A program made the position numbers and the translations under genes. A stretch of 64,000 bases of DNA from Auanema rhodensis (Eukaryota > Animalia > Nematoda). Shown piece by piece: positions 11,101 to 25,800 of this stretch. Position 1 is the stretch's first letter, and each line of letters opens with the position of its first letter. The DNA is taken from the NCBI GenBank assembly GCA_964057225.1, contig OZ059898.1:17794001-17858000 (forward strand), in the 5' to 3' direction. Below the pieces are notes generated by a model. It was not told the DNA's origin, made no database searches, and was given only the letters and a program-made list of their open reading frames with translations.

Positions 11101-13500
11101 ATGTTGAGTTTCCATGTACACTCAACATTGCTTCCAAAAACATTTTGACAAAAATTTTTCCGAAAAATTTCAAAATAATTTAGCAAAAAGTAGATGTTTT
11201 TAGATTTCTTTTTTCGAGGCAAAGACGATGGACGATGTTATTCAACAAAAAAATTAATTCTTCAGGGTGAAAATCGAGGATATAAGTGTGAACTTATATC
11301 AGTTGATATCTCGGTGCATTTTTAAGCTAGCGCAAATCTGATAACACAGATCGACGCAGCTTAAAAATCCGCATCGAATGCACTATACTACATTGAGAAA
11401 CGCTTGATACAAAAATTAGTTATGATCGTTTGAAAATGATGCATTAGTGTATTTTGAGTTTCCATGTACACTCAACATTGCTTCCAAAACATTTTGACAA
11501 AAATTTTTTCGAAAAATTTCAAAATAATTTAGTAAAAAGTAGCTGTTTTTAGATTCCTTTTTTCAAGGCAAAAACGATGGACAATGTTATTCAACAAAAA
11601 AATTAATTCTTCAGGGTGAAAATCGAGGATATAAGTGTGAACTTATATCAGTTGATATCTCGGTGCATTTCAAAGCTAGCGCAAATCTGATAACACAGAT
11701 CGACGCAGCTTAAAAATCCGCATCGAATACACTATACTACATTGAGAAACGCTTGATACAAAAATTAGTTATGATCGTTTGAAAAATGATGCATTAGTGT
11801 ATGTTGAGTTTCCATGTACACTCAACATTGCTTCCAAAAACATTTTGACAAAAATTTTTCCGAAAAATTTCAAAATAATTTAGCAAAAAGTAGATGTTTT
11901 TAGATTTCTTTTTTCAAGGCAAAGACGATGGACGATGTTATTCAACAAAAAAATTAATTCTTCAGGGTGAAAATCGAGGATATAAGTGTGAACTTATATC
12001 AGTTGATATCTCGGTGCATTTTTAAGCTAGCGCAAATCTGATAACACAGATCGACGCAGCTTAAAAATCCGCATCGAATGCACTATACTACATTGAGAAA
12101 CGCTTGATACAAAAATTAGTTATGATCGTTTGAAAATGATGCATTAGTGTATTTTGAGTTTCCATGTACACTCAATATTGCTTCCAAAACATTTTGACAA
12201 AAATTTTTTCGAAAAATTTCAAAATAATTTCGCAAAAAGTAAATGTTTTTAGATTCCTTTTTTCAAGGCAAAAACGATGGACAATGTTATTCAACAAAAA
12301 AATTATATCTTCAGGGTGAAAATCGAGGATATAAGTGTGAACTTATATCAGTTGATATCTCGGTGCATTTTTAAGCTACCGCAAATGTGATAACACAGAT
12401 CGACGCAGCTTAAAAATCCGCATCGAATACACTATACTACATTGAGAAACGCTTGATACAAAAATTAGTTATGATCGTTTGAAAAATGATGCATTAGTGT
12501 ATGTTGAGTTTCCATGTACACTCAACATTGCTTCCAAAAACATTTTGACAAAAATTTTTCCGAAAAATTTCAAAATAATTTAGCAAAAAGTAGATGTTTT
12601 TAGATTTCTTTTTTCAAGGCAAAGACGATGGACGATGTTATTCAACAAAAAAATTAATTCTTCAGGGTGAAAATCGAGGATATAAGTGTGAACTTATATC
12701 AGTTGATATCTCGGTGCATTTCAAAGCTAGCGCAAATCTGATAACACAGATCGACGCAGCTTAAAAATCCGCATCGAATACACTATACTACATTGAGAAA
12801 CGCTTGATACAAAAATTAGTTATGATCGTTTGAAAAATGATGCATTAGTGTATGTTGAGTTTCCATGTACACTCAACATTGCTTCCAAAAACATTTTGAC
12901 AAAAATTTTTCCGAAAAATTTCAAAATAATTTAGCAAAAAGTAGATGTTTTTAGATTTCTTTTTTCAAGGCAAAGACGATGGACGATGTTATTCAACAAA
13001 AAAATTAATTCTTCAGGGTGAAAATCGAGGATATAAGTGTGAACTTATATCAGTTGATATCTCGGTGCATTTAAAAGCTAGCGCAAATCTGATAACACAG
13101 ATCGACGCAGCTTAAAAATCCGCATCGAATGCACTATACTACATTGAGAAACGCTTGATACAAAAATTAGTTATGATCGTTTGAAAATGATGCATTAGTG
13201 TATTTTGAGTTTCCATGTACACTCAACATTGCTTCCAAAACATTTTGACAAAAATTTTTTCGAAAAATTTCAAAATAATTTAGTAAAAAGTAGCTGTTTT
13301 TAGATTCCTTTTCTCAAGGCAAAAACGATGGACAATGTTATTCAACAAAAAAATTAATTCTTCAGGGTGAAAATCGAGGATATAAGTGTGAACTTATATC
13401 AGTTGATATCTCGGTGCATTTCAAAGCTAGCGCAAATCTGATAACACAGATCGACGCAGCTTAAAAATCCGCATCGAATGCACTATACTACTTTGAGAAA
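5170..13500 (+). repeat. SatB domain 1: 700-bp dimer HOR (351+349) with a nested 2100-bp period
   Basis: The 349-bp variant (TGAAAATGATG, CCAAAACAT, GGCAAAAACG, mostly GTAGCTG) occurs near 5521, 6221, 7582, 8282, 9332, 10032, 10732, 11432, 12132, 13183. Copies at 10032 and 12132 share CTCAATATTG and GCTACCGCAAATGTGA. Confidence 0.85.
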
Positions 13501-16500
13501 CGCTTAATACAAAAATTAGTTATGATCGTTTGAAAAATGATGCATTAGTGTATGTTGAGTTCCCATGTACACTCAACATTGCTTCTAAAAACATTTTGAC
13601 AAAAATTTTCCCGAAAAATTTCAAAATAATTTAGCAAAAAGTAGATGTTTTTAGATTCCTTTTTTCAAGGCAAAGACGATGGACAATGTGATTCAACCAA
13701 AAAAATTAATTCTTCAGGGTGAAATACGAGGATATAAGTGTGAACTTATATCAGTTAATATCTCGGTGCATTTTTAAGCTAGCGCAAATCTAATAACACA
13801 GATCGACGCAGATTAAAAATCCGCATCGAATGCACTATACTACATTGAGAAACGCTTAATACAAAAATTAGTTATGATCGTTTGAAAAATGTTGCATTAG
13901 TGTATTTTGAGTTTCCATGTACACTCAACATTGCTTCCAAAAACATTTTGACAAAAATTTTTCCGAAAAATTTCAAAATAATTTCGCAAAAAGTAGATGT
14001 TTTTCGATTTTTTTTTCAAGGCAAAGACGATGGACAATGTTATTCAACGAAAAAATTAATTCTTCAGGGTGAAAATCGAGGATATAAGTGTGAACTTATA
14101 TCAGTTGATATCTCGGTGCATTTCAAAGCTAGCGCAAATCTGATAACACAGATCGACGCAGCTTAAAAATCCGCATCGAATGCACTATACTACTTTGAGA
14201 AACGCTTAATACAAAAATTAGTTATGATCGTTTGAAAAATGATGCATTAGTGTATGTTGAATTCCCATGTACACTCAACATTGCTTCTAAAAACATTTTG
14301 ACAAAAATTTTCCCGAAAAATTTCAAAATAATTTAGCAAAAAGTAGATGTTTTTAGATTCCTTTTTTCAAGGCAAAGACGATGGACAATGTGATTCAACG
14401 AAAAATTTAATTCTTCAGGGTGAAATACGAGGATATAAGTGTGAACTTATATCAGTTAATATCTCGGTGCATTTTTAAGCTAGCGCAAATCTAATAACAC
14501 AGATCGACGCAGCTTAAAAATCCGCATCGAATGCACTATACTACATTGAGAAACGCTTAATACAAAAATTAGTTATGATCGTTTGAAAAATGTTGCATTA
14601 GTGTATTTTGAGTTTCCATGTACACTCAACATTGCTTCCAAAAACATTTTGACAAAACTTTTTCCGAAAAATTTCAAAATAATTTCGCAAAAAGTAGATG
14701 TTTTTCGATTTTTTTTTTCAAGGCAAAGACGATGGACAATGTTATTCAACGAAAAAATTAATTCTTCAGGGTGAAAATCGAGGATATAAGTGTGAACTTA
14801 TATCAGTTGATATCTCGGTGCATTTTTAAGCTAGCGCAAATCTGATAACACAGATCGACGCAGCATAAAAATCTGCATCGAATGCACTATACTACATTGA
14901 GAAACGCTTAATACAAAAATTAGTTATGATCGTTTGGAAAATGATGCATTAGTGTATGTTGAGTTTCCATGTACACTCAGCATTGCTTCCAAAAACATTT
15001 TGACAAAAATTTTTCCGAAAAATTTCGAAATAATTTCGCAAAAAGTAGATGTTTTTCGATTTTTTTTTCCAAGGCAAAGACGATGGACAATGTTATTCAA
15101 CGAAAAAATTAATTCTTCAGGGTGAAAATCGAGGATATAAGTGTGAACTTATATCAGTTGATATCTCGGTGCATTTTTAAGCTAGCGCAAATCTGATAAC
15201 ACAGATCGACGCAGCATAAAAATCTGCATCGAATGCACTATACTACATTGAGAAACGCTTAATACAAAAATTAGTTATGATCGTTTGGAAAATGATGCAT
15301 TAGTGTATGTTGAGTTTCCATGTACACTCAGCATTGCTTCCAAAAACATTTTGACAAAAATTTTTCGAAAAATTTCAAAATAATTTCGCAAAAAGTAGAT
15401 GTTTTTAGATTTCGTTTTTCAAGGCAAAGACGATGGACAATGTTATTCAACGAAAAAATTAATTCTTCAGGGTGAAAATCGAGGATATAAGTGTGAACTT
15501 ATATCAGTTGATATCTCGGTGCATTTTTAAGCTAGCCCAAATCTGATAACACAGATCGACGCAGCTTAAAAATCCGCATCGAATGCACTATACTACATTG
15601 AGAAACGCTTAATACAAAAATTAGTTATGATCGTTTGGAAAATGATGCATTAGTGTATTTTGAGTTTCCATGTACACTCAACATTGCCCCCAAAAACATT
15701 TTGACAAAAATTTTTCCGAAAAATTTCGAAATAATTTCGCAAAAAGTAGATGTTTTTCGATTTTTTTTTCCAAGGCAAAGACGATGGACAATGTTATTCA
15801 ACAAAAAATTAATTCTTCAGGGTGAAAATCGAGGATATAAGTGTGAACTTATATCAGTTGATATCTCGGTGCATTTCAAAGCTAGCGCAAATCTGATAAC
15901 ACAGATCGACGCAGCTTAAAAATCTGCATCGAATGCACTATACTACATTGAGAAACGCTTGATACAAAAATTAGTTATGATCGTTTGAAAAATGTTGCAT
16001 TAGTGTATTTTGAGTTTCCATGTACACTCAACATTGCTTCCAAAAACATTTTGACAAAACTTTTTCCGAAAAATTTCAAAATAATTTCGCAAAAAGTAGA
16101 TGTTTTTCGATTTTTTTTTTCAAGGCAAAGACGATGGACAATGTTATTCAACGAAAAAATTAATTCTTCAGGGTGAAAATCGAGGATATAAGTGTGAACT
16201 TATATCAGTTGATATCTCGGTGCATTTTTAAGCTAGCCCAAATCTGATAACACAGATCGACGCAGCTTAAAAATCCGCATCGAATGCACTATACTACATT
16301 GAGAAACGCTTAATACAAAAATTAGTTATGATCGTTTGGAAAATGATGCATTAGTGTATTTTGAGTTTCCATGTACACTCAACATTGCTTCTAAAAACAT
16401 TTTGACAAAAATTTTCCCGAAAAATTTCAAAATAATTTAGCAAAAAGTAGATGTTTTTAGATTCCTTTTTTCAAGGCAAAGACGATGGACAATGTGATTC

Positions 16501-19500
16501 AACGAAAAATTTAATTCTTCAGGGTGAAATACGAGGATATAAGTGTGAACTTATATCAGTTAATATCTCGGTGCATTTTTAAGCTAGCGCAAATCTAATA
16601 ACACAGATCGACGCAGCTTAAAAATCCGCATCGAATGCACTATACTACATTGAGAAACGCTTAATACAAAAATTAGTTATGATCGTTTGAAAAATGTTGC
16701 ATTAGTGTATTTTGAGTTTCCATGTACACTCAACATTGCTTCCAAAAACATTTTGACAAAACTTTTTCCGAAAAATTTCAAAATAATTTCGCAAAAAGTA
16801 GATGTTTTTCGATTTTTTTTTTCAAGGCAAAGACGATGGACAATGTTATTCAACGAAAAAATTAATTCTTCAGGGTGAAAATCGAGGATATAAGTGTGAA
16901 CTTATATCAGTTGATATCTCGGTGCATTTTTAAGCTAGCGCAAATCTGATAACACAGATCGACGCAGCATAAAAATCTGCATCGAATGCACTATACTACA
17001 TTGAGAAACGCTTAATACAAAAATTAGTTATGATCGTTTGGAAAATGATGCATTAGTGTATGTTGAGTTTCCATGTACACTCAGCATTGCTTCCAAAAAC
17101 ATTTTGACAAAAATTTTTCGAAAAATTTCAAAATAATTTCGCAAAAAGTAGATGTTTTTAGATTTCGTTTTTCAAGGCAAAGACGATGGACAATGTTATT
17201 CAACGAAAAAATTAATTCTTCAGGGTGAAAATCGAGGATATAAGTGTGAACTTATATCAGTTGATATCTCGGTGCATTTTTAAGCTAGCCCAAATCTGAT
17301 AACACAGATCGACGCAGCTTAAAAATCCGCATCGAATGCACTATACTACATTGAGAAACGCTTAATACAAAAATTAGTTATGATCGTTTGGAAAATGATG
17401 CATTAGTGTATTTTGAGTTTCCATGTACACTCAACATTGCCCCCAAAAACATTTTGACAAAAATTTTTCCGAAAAATTTCGAAATAATTTCGCAAAAAGT
17501 AGATGTTTTTCGATTTTTTTTTCCAAGGCAAAGACGATGGACAATGTTATTCAACAAAAAATTTAATTCTTCAGGGTGAAAATCGAGGATATAAGTGTGA
17601 ACTTATATCAGTTGATATCTCGGTGCATTTTTAAGCTAGCGCAAATCTGATAACACAGATCGACGCAGCTTAAAAATCTGCATCGAATGCACTATACTAC
17701 ATTGAGAAACGCTTGATACAAAAATTAGTTATGATCGTTTGAAAAATGTTGCATTAGTGTATTTTGAGTTTCCATGTACACTCAACATTGCTTCCAAAAA
17801 CATTTTGACAAAACTTTTTCCGAAAAATTTCAAAATAATTTCGCAAAAAGTAGATGTTTTTCGATTTTTTTTTTCAAGGCAAAGACGATGGACAATGTTA
17901 TTCAACGAAAAAATTAATTCTTCAGGGTGAAAATCGAGGATATAAGTGTGAACTTATATCAGTTGATATCTCGGTGCATTTTTAAGCTAGCCCAAATCTG
18001 ATAACACAGATCGACGCAGCTTAAAAATCCGCATCGAATGCACTATACTACATTGAGAAACGCTTAATACAAAAATTAGTTATGATCGTTTGGAAAATGA
18101 TGCATTAGTGTATTTTGAGTTTCCATGTACACTCAACATTGCTTCTAAAAACATTTTGACAAAAATTTTCCCGAAAAATTTCAAAATAATTTAGCAAAAA
18201 GTAGATGTTTTTAGATTCCTTTTTTCAAGGCAAAGACGATGGACAATGTGATTCAACGAAAAATTTAATTCTTCAGGGTGAAATACGAGGATATAAGTGT
18301 GAACTTATATCAGTTAATATCTCGGTGCATTTTTAAGCTAGCGCAAATCTAATAACACAGATCGACGCAGCTTAAAAATCCGCATCGAATGCACTATACT
18401 ACATTGAGAAACGCTTAATACAAAAATTAGTTATGATCGTTTGAAAAATGTTGCATTAGTGTATTTTGAGTTTCCATGTACACTCAACATTGCTTCCAAA
18501 AACATTTTGACAAAACTTTTTCCGAAAAATTTCAAAATAATTTCGCAAAAAGTAGATGTTTTTCGATTTTTTTTTTCAAGGCAAAGACGATGGACAATGT
18601 TATTCAACGAAAAAATTAATTCTTCAGGGTGAAAATCGAGGATATAAGTGTGAACTTATATCAGTTGATATCTCGGTGCATTTTTAAGCTAGCGCAAATC
18701 TGATAACACAGATCGACGCAGCATAAAAATCTGCATCGAATGCACTATACTACATTGAGAAACGCTTAATACAAAAATTAGTTATGATCGTTTGGAAAAT
18801 GATGCATTAGTGTATGTTGAGTTTCCATGTACACTCAGCATTGCTTCCAAAAACATTTTGACAAAAATTTTTCCGAAAAATTTCGAAATAATTTCGCAAA
18901 AAGTAGATGTTTTTCGATTTTTTTTTCCAAGGCAAAGACGATGGACAATGTTATTCAACGAAAAAATTAATTCTTCAGGGTGAAAATCGAGGATATAAGT
19001 GTGAACTTATATCAGTTGATATCTCGGTGCATTTTTAAGCTAGCGCAAATCTGATAACACAGATCGACGCAGCATAAAAATCTGCATCGAATGCACTATA
19101 CTACATTGAGAAACGCTTAATACAAAAATTAGTTATGATCGTTTGGAAAATGATGCATTAGTGTATGTTGAGTTTCCATGTACACTCAGCATTGCTTCCA
19201 AAAACATTTTGACAAAAATTTTTCGAAAAATTTCAAAATAATTTCGCAAAAAGTAGATGTTTTTAGATTTCGTTTTTCAAGGCAAAGACGATGGACAATG
19301 TTATTCAACGAAAAAATTAATTCTTCAGGGTGAAAATCGAGGATATAAGTGTGAACTTATATCAGTTGATATCTCGGTGCATTTTTAAGCTAGCCCAAAT
19401 CTGATAACACAGATCGACGCAGCTTAAAAATCCGCATCGAATGCACTATACTACATTGAGAAACGCTTAATACAAAAATTAGTTATGATCGTTTGGAAAA

Positions 19501-22500
19501 TGATGCATTAGTGTATTTTGAGTTTCCATGTACACTCAACATTGCCCCCAAAAACATTTTGACAAAAATTTTTCCGAAAAATTTCGAAATAATTTCGCAA
19601 AAAGTAGATGTTTTTCGATTTTTTTTTCCAAGGCAAAGACGATGGACAATGTTATTCAACAAAAAATTTAATTCTTCAGGGTGAAAATCGAGGATATAAG
19701 TGTGAACTTATATCAGTTGATATCTCGGTGCATTTTTAAGCTAGCGCAAATCTGATAACACAGATCGACGCAGCTTAAAAATCTGCATCGAATGCACTAT
19801 ACTACATTGAGAAACGCTTGATACAAAAATTAGTTATGATCGTTTGAAAAATGTTGCATTAGTGTATTTTGAGTTTCCATGTACACTCAACATTGCTTCC
19901 AAAAACATTTTGACAAAACTTTTTCCGAAAAATTTCAAAATAATTTCGCAAAAAGTAGATGTTTTTCGATTTTTTTTTTCAAGGCAAAGACGATGGACAA
20001 TGTTATTCAACGAAAAAATTAATTCTTCAGGGTGAAAATCGAGGATATAAGTGTGAACTTATATCAGTTGATATCTCGGTGCATTTTTAAGCTAGCCCAA
20101 ATCTGATAACACAGATCGACGCAGCTTAAAAATCCGCATCGAATGCACTATACTACATTGAGAAACGCTTAATACAAAAATTAGTTATGATCGTTTGGAA
20201 AATGATGCATTAGTGTATTTTGAGTTTCCATGTACACTCAACATTGCCCCCAAAAACATTTTGACAAAAATTTTTCCGAAAAATTTCGAAATAATTTCGC
20301 AAAAAGTAGATGTTTTTCGATTTTTTTTTCCAAGGCAAAGACGATGGACAATGTTATTCAACAAAAAATTTAATTCTTCAGGGTGAAAATCGAGGATATA
20401 AGTGTGAACTTATATCAGTTGATATCTCGGTGCATTTTTAAGCTAGCGCAAATCTGATAACACAGATCGACGCAGCTTAAAAATCTGCATCGAATGCACT
20501 ATACTACATTGAGAAACGCTTGATACAAAAATTAGTTATGATCGTTTGAAAAATGATGCATTAGTGTATGTTGAGTTTCCATGTACACTCAACATTGCTT
20601 CCAAAAACATTTTGACAAAAATTTTTTCGAAAAATTTCAAAATAATTTCGCAAAAAGTAAATGTTTTTAGAATTCTTTTTTCAAGGCAAAGACGATGGAC
20701 GATGTTATTCAACAAAAAAATTAATTCTTCAGGGTGAAAATCGAGGATATAAGTGTGAACTTATATCAGTTGATATCTCGGTGCATTTTTAAGCTAGCGC
20801 AAATCTGATAACACAGATCGACGCAGCTTAAAAATCTGCATCGAATGCACTATACTACATTGAGAAACGCTTGATACAAAAATTAGTTATGATCGTTTGA
20901 AAAATGATGCATTAGTGTATGTTGAGTTTCCATGTACACTCAACATTGCTTCTAAAAACATTTTGACAAAAATTTTCCCGAAAAATTTCAAAATAATTTA
21001 GCAAAAAGTAGATGTTTTTAGATTCCTTTTTTCAAGGCAAAGACGATGGACAATGTGATTCAACGAAAAAATTAATTCTTCAGGGTGAAAATCGAGGATA
21101 TAAGTGTGAACTTATATCAGTTGATATCTCGGTGCATTTTTAAGCTAGCCCAAATCTGATAACACAGATCGACGCAGCTTAAAAATCCGCATCGAATGCA
21201 CTATACTACATTGAGAAACGCTTAATACAAAAATTAGTTATGATCGTTTGGAAAATGATGCATTAGTGTATTTTGAGTTTCCATGTACACTCAACATTGC
21301 CCCCAAAAACATTTTGACAAAAATTTTTCCGAAAAATTTCGAAATAATTTCGCAAAAAGTAGATGTTTTTCGATTTTTTTTTCCAAGGCAAAGACGATGG
21401 ACAATGTTATTCAACAAAAAATTTAATTCTTCAGGGTGAAAATCGAGGATATAAGTGTGAACTTATATCAGTTGATATCTCGGTGCATTTTTAAGCTAGC
21501 GCAAATCTGATAACACAGATCGACGCAGCTTAAAAATCTGCATCGAATGCACTATACTACATTGAGAAACGCTTGATACAAAAATTAGTTATGATCGTTT
21601 GAAAAATGTTGCATTAGTGTATTTTGAGTTTCCATGTACACTCAACATTGCTTCCAAAAACATTTTGACAAAACTTTTTCCGAAAAATTTCAAAATAATT
21701 TCGCAAAAAGTAGATGTTTTTCGATTTTTTTTTTCAAGGCAAAGACGATGGACAATGTTATTCAACGAAAAAATTAATTCTTCAGGGTGAAAATCGAGGA
21801 TATAAGTGTGAACTTATATCAGTTGATATCTCGGTGCATTTTTAAGCTAGCCCAAATCTGATAACACAGATCGACGCAGCTTAAAAATCCGCATCGAATG
21901 CACTATACTACATTGAGAAACGCTTAATACAAAAATTAGTTATGATCGTTTGGAAAATGATGCATTAGTGTATTTTGAGTTTCCATGTACACTCAACATT
22001 GCCCCCAAAAACATTTTGACAAAAATTTTTCCGAAAAATTTCGAAATAATTTCGCAAAAAGTAGATGTTTTTCGATTTTTTTTTCCAAGGCAAAGACGAT
22101 GGACAATGTTATTCAACAAAAAATTTAATTCTTCAGGGTGAAAATCGAGGATATAAGTGTGAACTTATATCAGTTGATATCTCGGTGCATTTTTAAGCTA
22201 GCGCAAATCTGATAACACAGATCGACGCAGCTTAAAAATCTGCATCGAATGCACTATACTACATTGAGAAACGCTTGATACAAAAATTAGTTATGATCGT
22301 TTGAAAAATGATGCATTAGTGTATGTTGAGTTTCCATGTACACTCAACATTGCTTCCAAAAACATTTTGACAAAAATTTTTTCGAAAAATTTCAAAATAA
22401 TTTCGCAAAAAGTAAATGTTTTTAGAATTCTTTTTTCAAGGCAAAGACGATGGACGATGTTATTCAACAAAAAAATTAATTCTTCAGGGTGAAAATCGAG

Positions 22501-25500
22501 GATATAAGTGTGAACTTATATCAGTTGATATCTCGGTGCATTTTTAAGCTAGCGCAAATCTGATAACACAGATCGACGCAGCTTAAAAATCTGCATCGAA
22601 TGCACTATACTACATTGAGAAACGCTTGATACAAAAATTAGTTATGATCGTTTGAAAAATGATGCATTAGTGTATGTTGAGTTTCCATGTACACTCAACA
22701 TTGCTTCTAAAAACATTTTGACAAAAATTTTCCCGAAAAATTTCAAAATAATTTAGCAAAAAGTAGATGTTTTTAGATTCCTTTTTTCAAGGCAAAGACG
22801 ATGGACGATGTTATTCAACAAAAAAATTAATTCTTCAGGGTGAAAATCGAGGATATAAGTGTGAACTTATATCAGTTGATATCTCGGTGCATTTTTAAGC
22901 TAGCGCAAATCTGATAACACAGATCGACGCAGCTTAAAAATCTGCATCGAATGCACTATACTACATTGAGAAACGCTTGATACAAAAATTAGTTATGATC
23001 GTTTGAAAAATGATGCATTAGTGTATGTTGAGTTTCCATGTACACTCAACATTGCTTCTAAAAACATTTTGACAAAAATTTTCCCGAAAAATTTCAAAAT
23101 AATTTAGCAAAAAGTAGATGTTTTTAGATTCCTTTTTTCAAGGCAAAGACGATGGACAATGTGATTCAACGAAAAATTTAATTCTTCAGGGTGAAATACG
23201 AGGATATAAGTGTGAACTTATATCAGTTAATATCTCGGTGCATTTTTAAGCTAGCGCAAATCTAATAACACAGATCGACGCAGCTTAAAAATCCGCATCG
23301 AATGCACTATACTACATTGAGAAACGCTTAATACAAAAATTAGTTATGATCGTTTGAAAAATGTTGCATTAGTGTATTTTGAGTTTCCATGTACACTCAA
23401 CATTGCTTCCAAAAACATTTTGACAAAACTTTTTCCGAAAAATTTCAAAATAATTTCGCAAAAAGTAGATGTTTTTCGATTTTTTTTTTCAAGGCAAAGA
23501 CGATGGACAATGTTATTCAACGAAAAAATTAATTCTTCAGGGTGAAAATCGAGGATATAAGTGTGAACTTATATCAGTTGATATCTCGGTGCATTTTTAA
23601 GCTAGCGCAAATCTGATAACACAGATCGACGCAGCATAAAAATCTGCATCGAATGCACTATACTACATTGAGAAACGCTTAATACAAAAATTAGTTATGA
23701 TCGTTTGGAAAATGATGCATTAGTGTATGTTGAGTTTCCATGTACACTCAGCATTGCTTCCAAAAACATTTTGACAAAAATTTTTCGAAAAATTTCAAAA
23801 TAATTTCGCAAAAAGTAGATGTTTTTAGATTTCGTTTTTCAAGGCAAAGACGATGGACAATGTTATTCAACGAAAAAATTAATTCTTCAGGGTGAAAATC
23901 GAGGATATAAGTGTGAACTTATATCAGTTGATATCTCGGTGCATTTTTAAGCTAGCCCAAATCTGATAACACAGATCGACGCAGCTTAAAAATCCGCATC
24001 GAATGCACTATACTACATTGAGAAACGCTTAATACAAAAATTAGTTATGATCGTTTGGAAAATGATGCATTAGTGTATTTTGAGTTTCCATGTACACTCA
24101 ACATTGCCCCCAAAAACATTTTGACAAAAATTTTTCCGAAAAATTTCGAAATAATTTCGCAAAAAGTAGATGTTTTTCGATTTTTTTTTCCAAGGCAAAG
24201 ACGATGGACAATGTTATTCAACAAAAAATTTAATTCTTCAGGGTGAAAATCGAGGATATAAGTGTGAACTTATATCAGTTAATATCTCGGTGCATTTTTA
24301 AGCTAGCGCAAATCTAATAACACAGATCGACGCAGCTTAAAAATCCGCATCGAATGCACTATACTACATTGAGAAACGCTTAATACAAAAATTAGTTATG
24401 ATCGTTTGAAAAATGTTGCATTAGTGTATTTTGAGTTTCCATGTACACTCAACATTGCTTCCAAAAACATTTTGACAAAACTTTTTCCGAAAAATTTCAA
24501 AATAATTTCGCAAAAAGTAGATGTTTTTCGATTTTTTTTTTCAAGGCAAAGACGATGGACAATGTTATTCAACGAAAAAATTAATTCTTCAGGGTGAAAA
24601 TCGAGGATATAAGTGTGAACTTATATCAGTTGATATCTCGGTGCATTTTTAAGCTAGCGCAAATCTGATAACACAGATCGACGCAGCATAAAAATCTGCA
24701 TCGAATGCACTATACTACATTGAGAAACGCTTAATACAAAAATTAGTTATGATCATTTGGAAAATGATGCATTAGTGTATGTTGAGTTTCCATGTACACT
24801 CAGCATTGCTTCCAAAAACATTTTGACAAAAATTTTTCGAAAAATTTCAAAATAATTTCGCAAAAAGTAGATGTTTTTAGATTTCGTTTTTCAAGGCAAA
24901 GACGATGGACAATGTTATTCAACGAAAAAATTAATTCTTCAGGGTGAAAATCGAGGATATAAGTGTGAACTTATATCAGTTGATATCTCGGTGCATTTTT
25001 AAGCTAGCGCAAATCTGATAACACAGATCGACGCAGCTTAAAAATCCGCATCGAATGCACTATACTACATTGAGAAACGCTTAATACAAAAATTAGTTAT
25101 GATCGTTTGGAAAATGATGCATTAGTGTATTTTGAGTTTCCATGTACACTCAACATTGCCCCCAAAAACATTTTGACAAAAATTTTTCCGAAAAATTTCG
25201 AAATAATTTCGCAAAAAGTAGATGTTTTTCGATTTTTTTTTCCAAGGCAAAAACGATGGACAATGTTATTCAACAAAAAATTTAATTCTTCAGGGTGAAA
25301 ATCGAGGATATAAGTGTGAACTTATATCAGTTGATATCTCGGTGCATTTTTAAGCTAGCGCAAATCTGATAACACAGATCGACGCAGCTTAAAAATCTGC
25401 ATCGAATGCACTATACTACATTGAGAAACGCTTGATACAAAAATTAGTTATGATCGTTTGAAAAATGATGCATTAGTGTATGTTGAGTTTCCATGTACAC

Positions 25501-25800
25501 TCAACATTGCTTCCAAAAACATTTTGACAAAAATTTTTTCGAAAAATTTCAAAATAATTTCGCAAAAAGTAAATGTTTTTAGAATTCTTTTTTCAAGGCA
25601 AAGACGATGGACGATGTTATTCAACAAAAAAATTAATTCTTCAGGGTGAAAATCGAGGATATAAGTGTGAACTTATATCAGTTGATATCTCGGTGCATTT
25701 TTAAGCTAGCGCAAATCTGATAACACAGATCGACGCAGCTTAAAAATCTGCATCGAATGCACTATACTACATTGAGAAACGCTTGATACAAAAATTAGTT
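13500..25800 (+). repeat. SatB domain 2: distinct variant set with 3-, 5- and 11-mer duplications
   Basis: Private variants AATGTTGCA, AAACTTTTTCC, GCCCCCAAAA, TTTCGAAATA, GCATAAAAATCTGC, GCTAGCCCAAA, TTCGTTTTTC. Offsets of 3858 (14583>18441), 1755 (19493>21248, 20546>22301) and 1052 (23354>24406). Confidence 0.85.
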
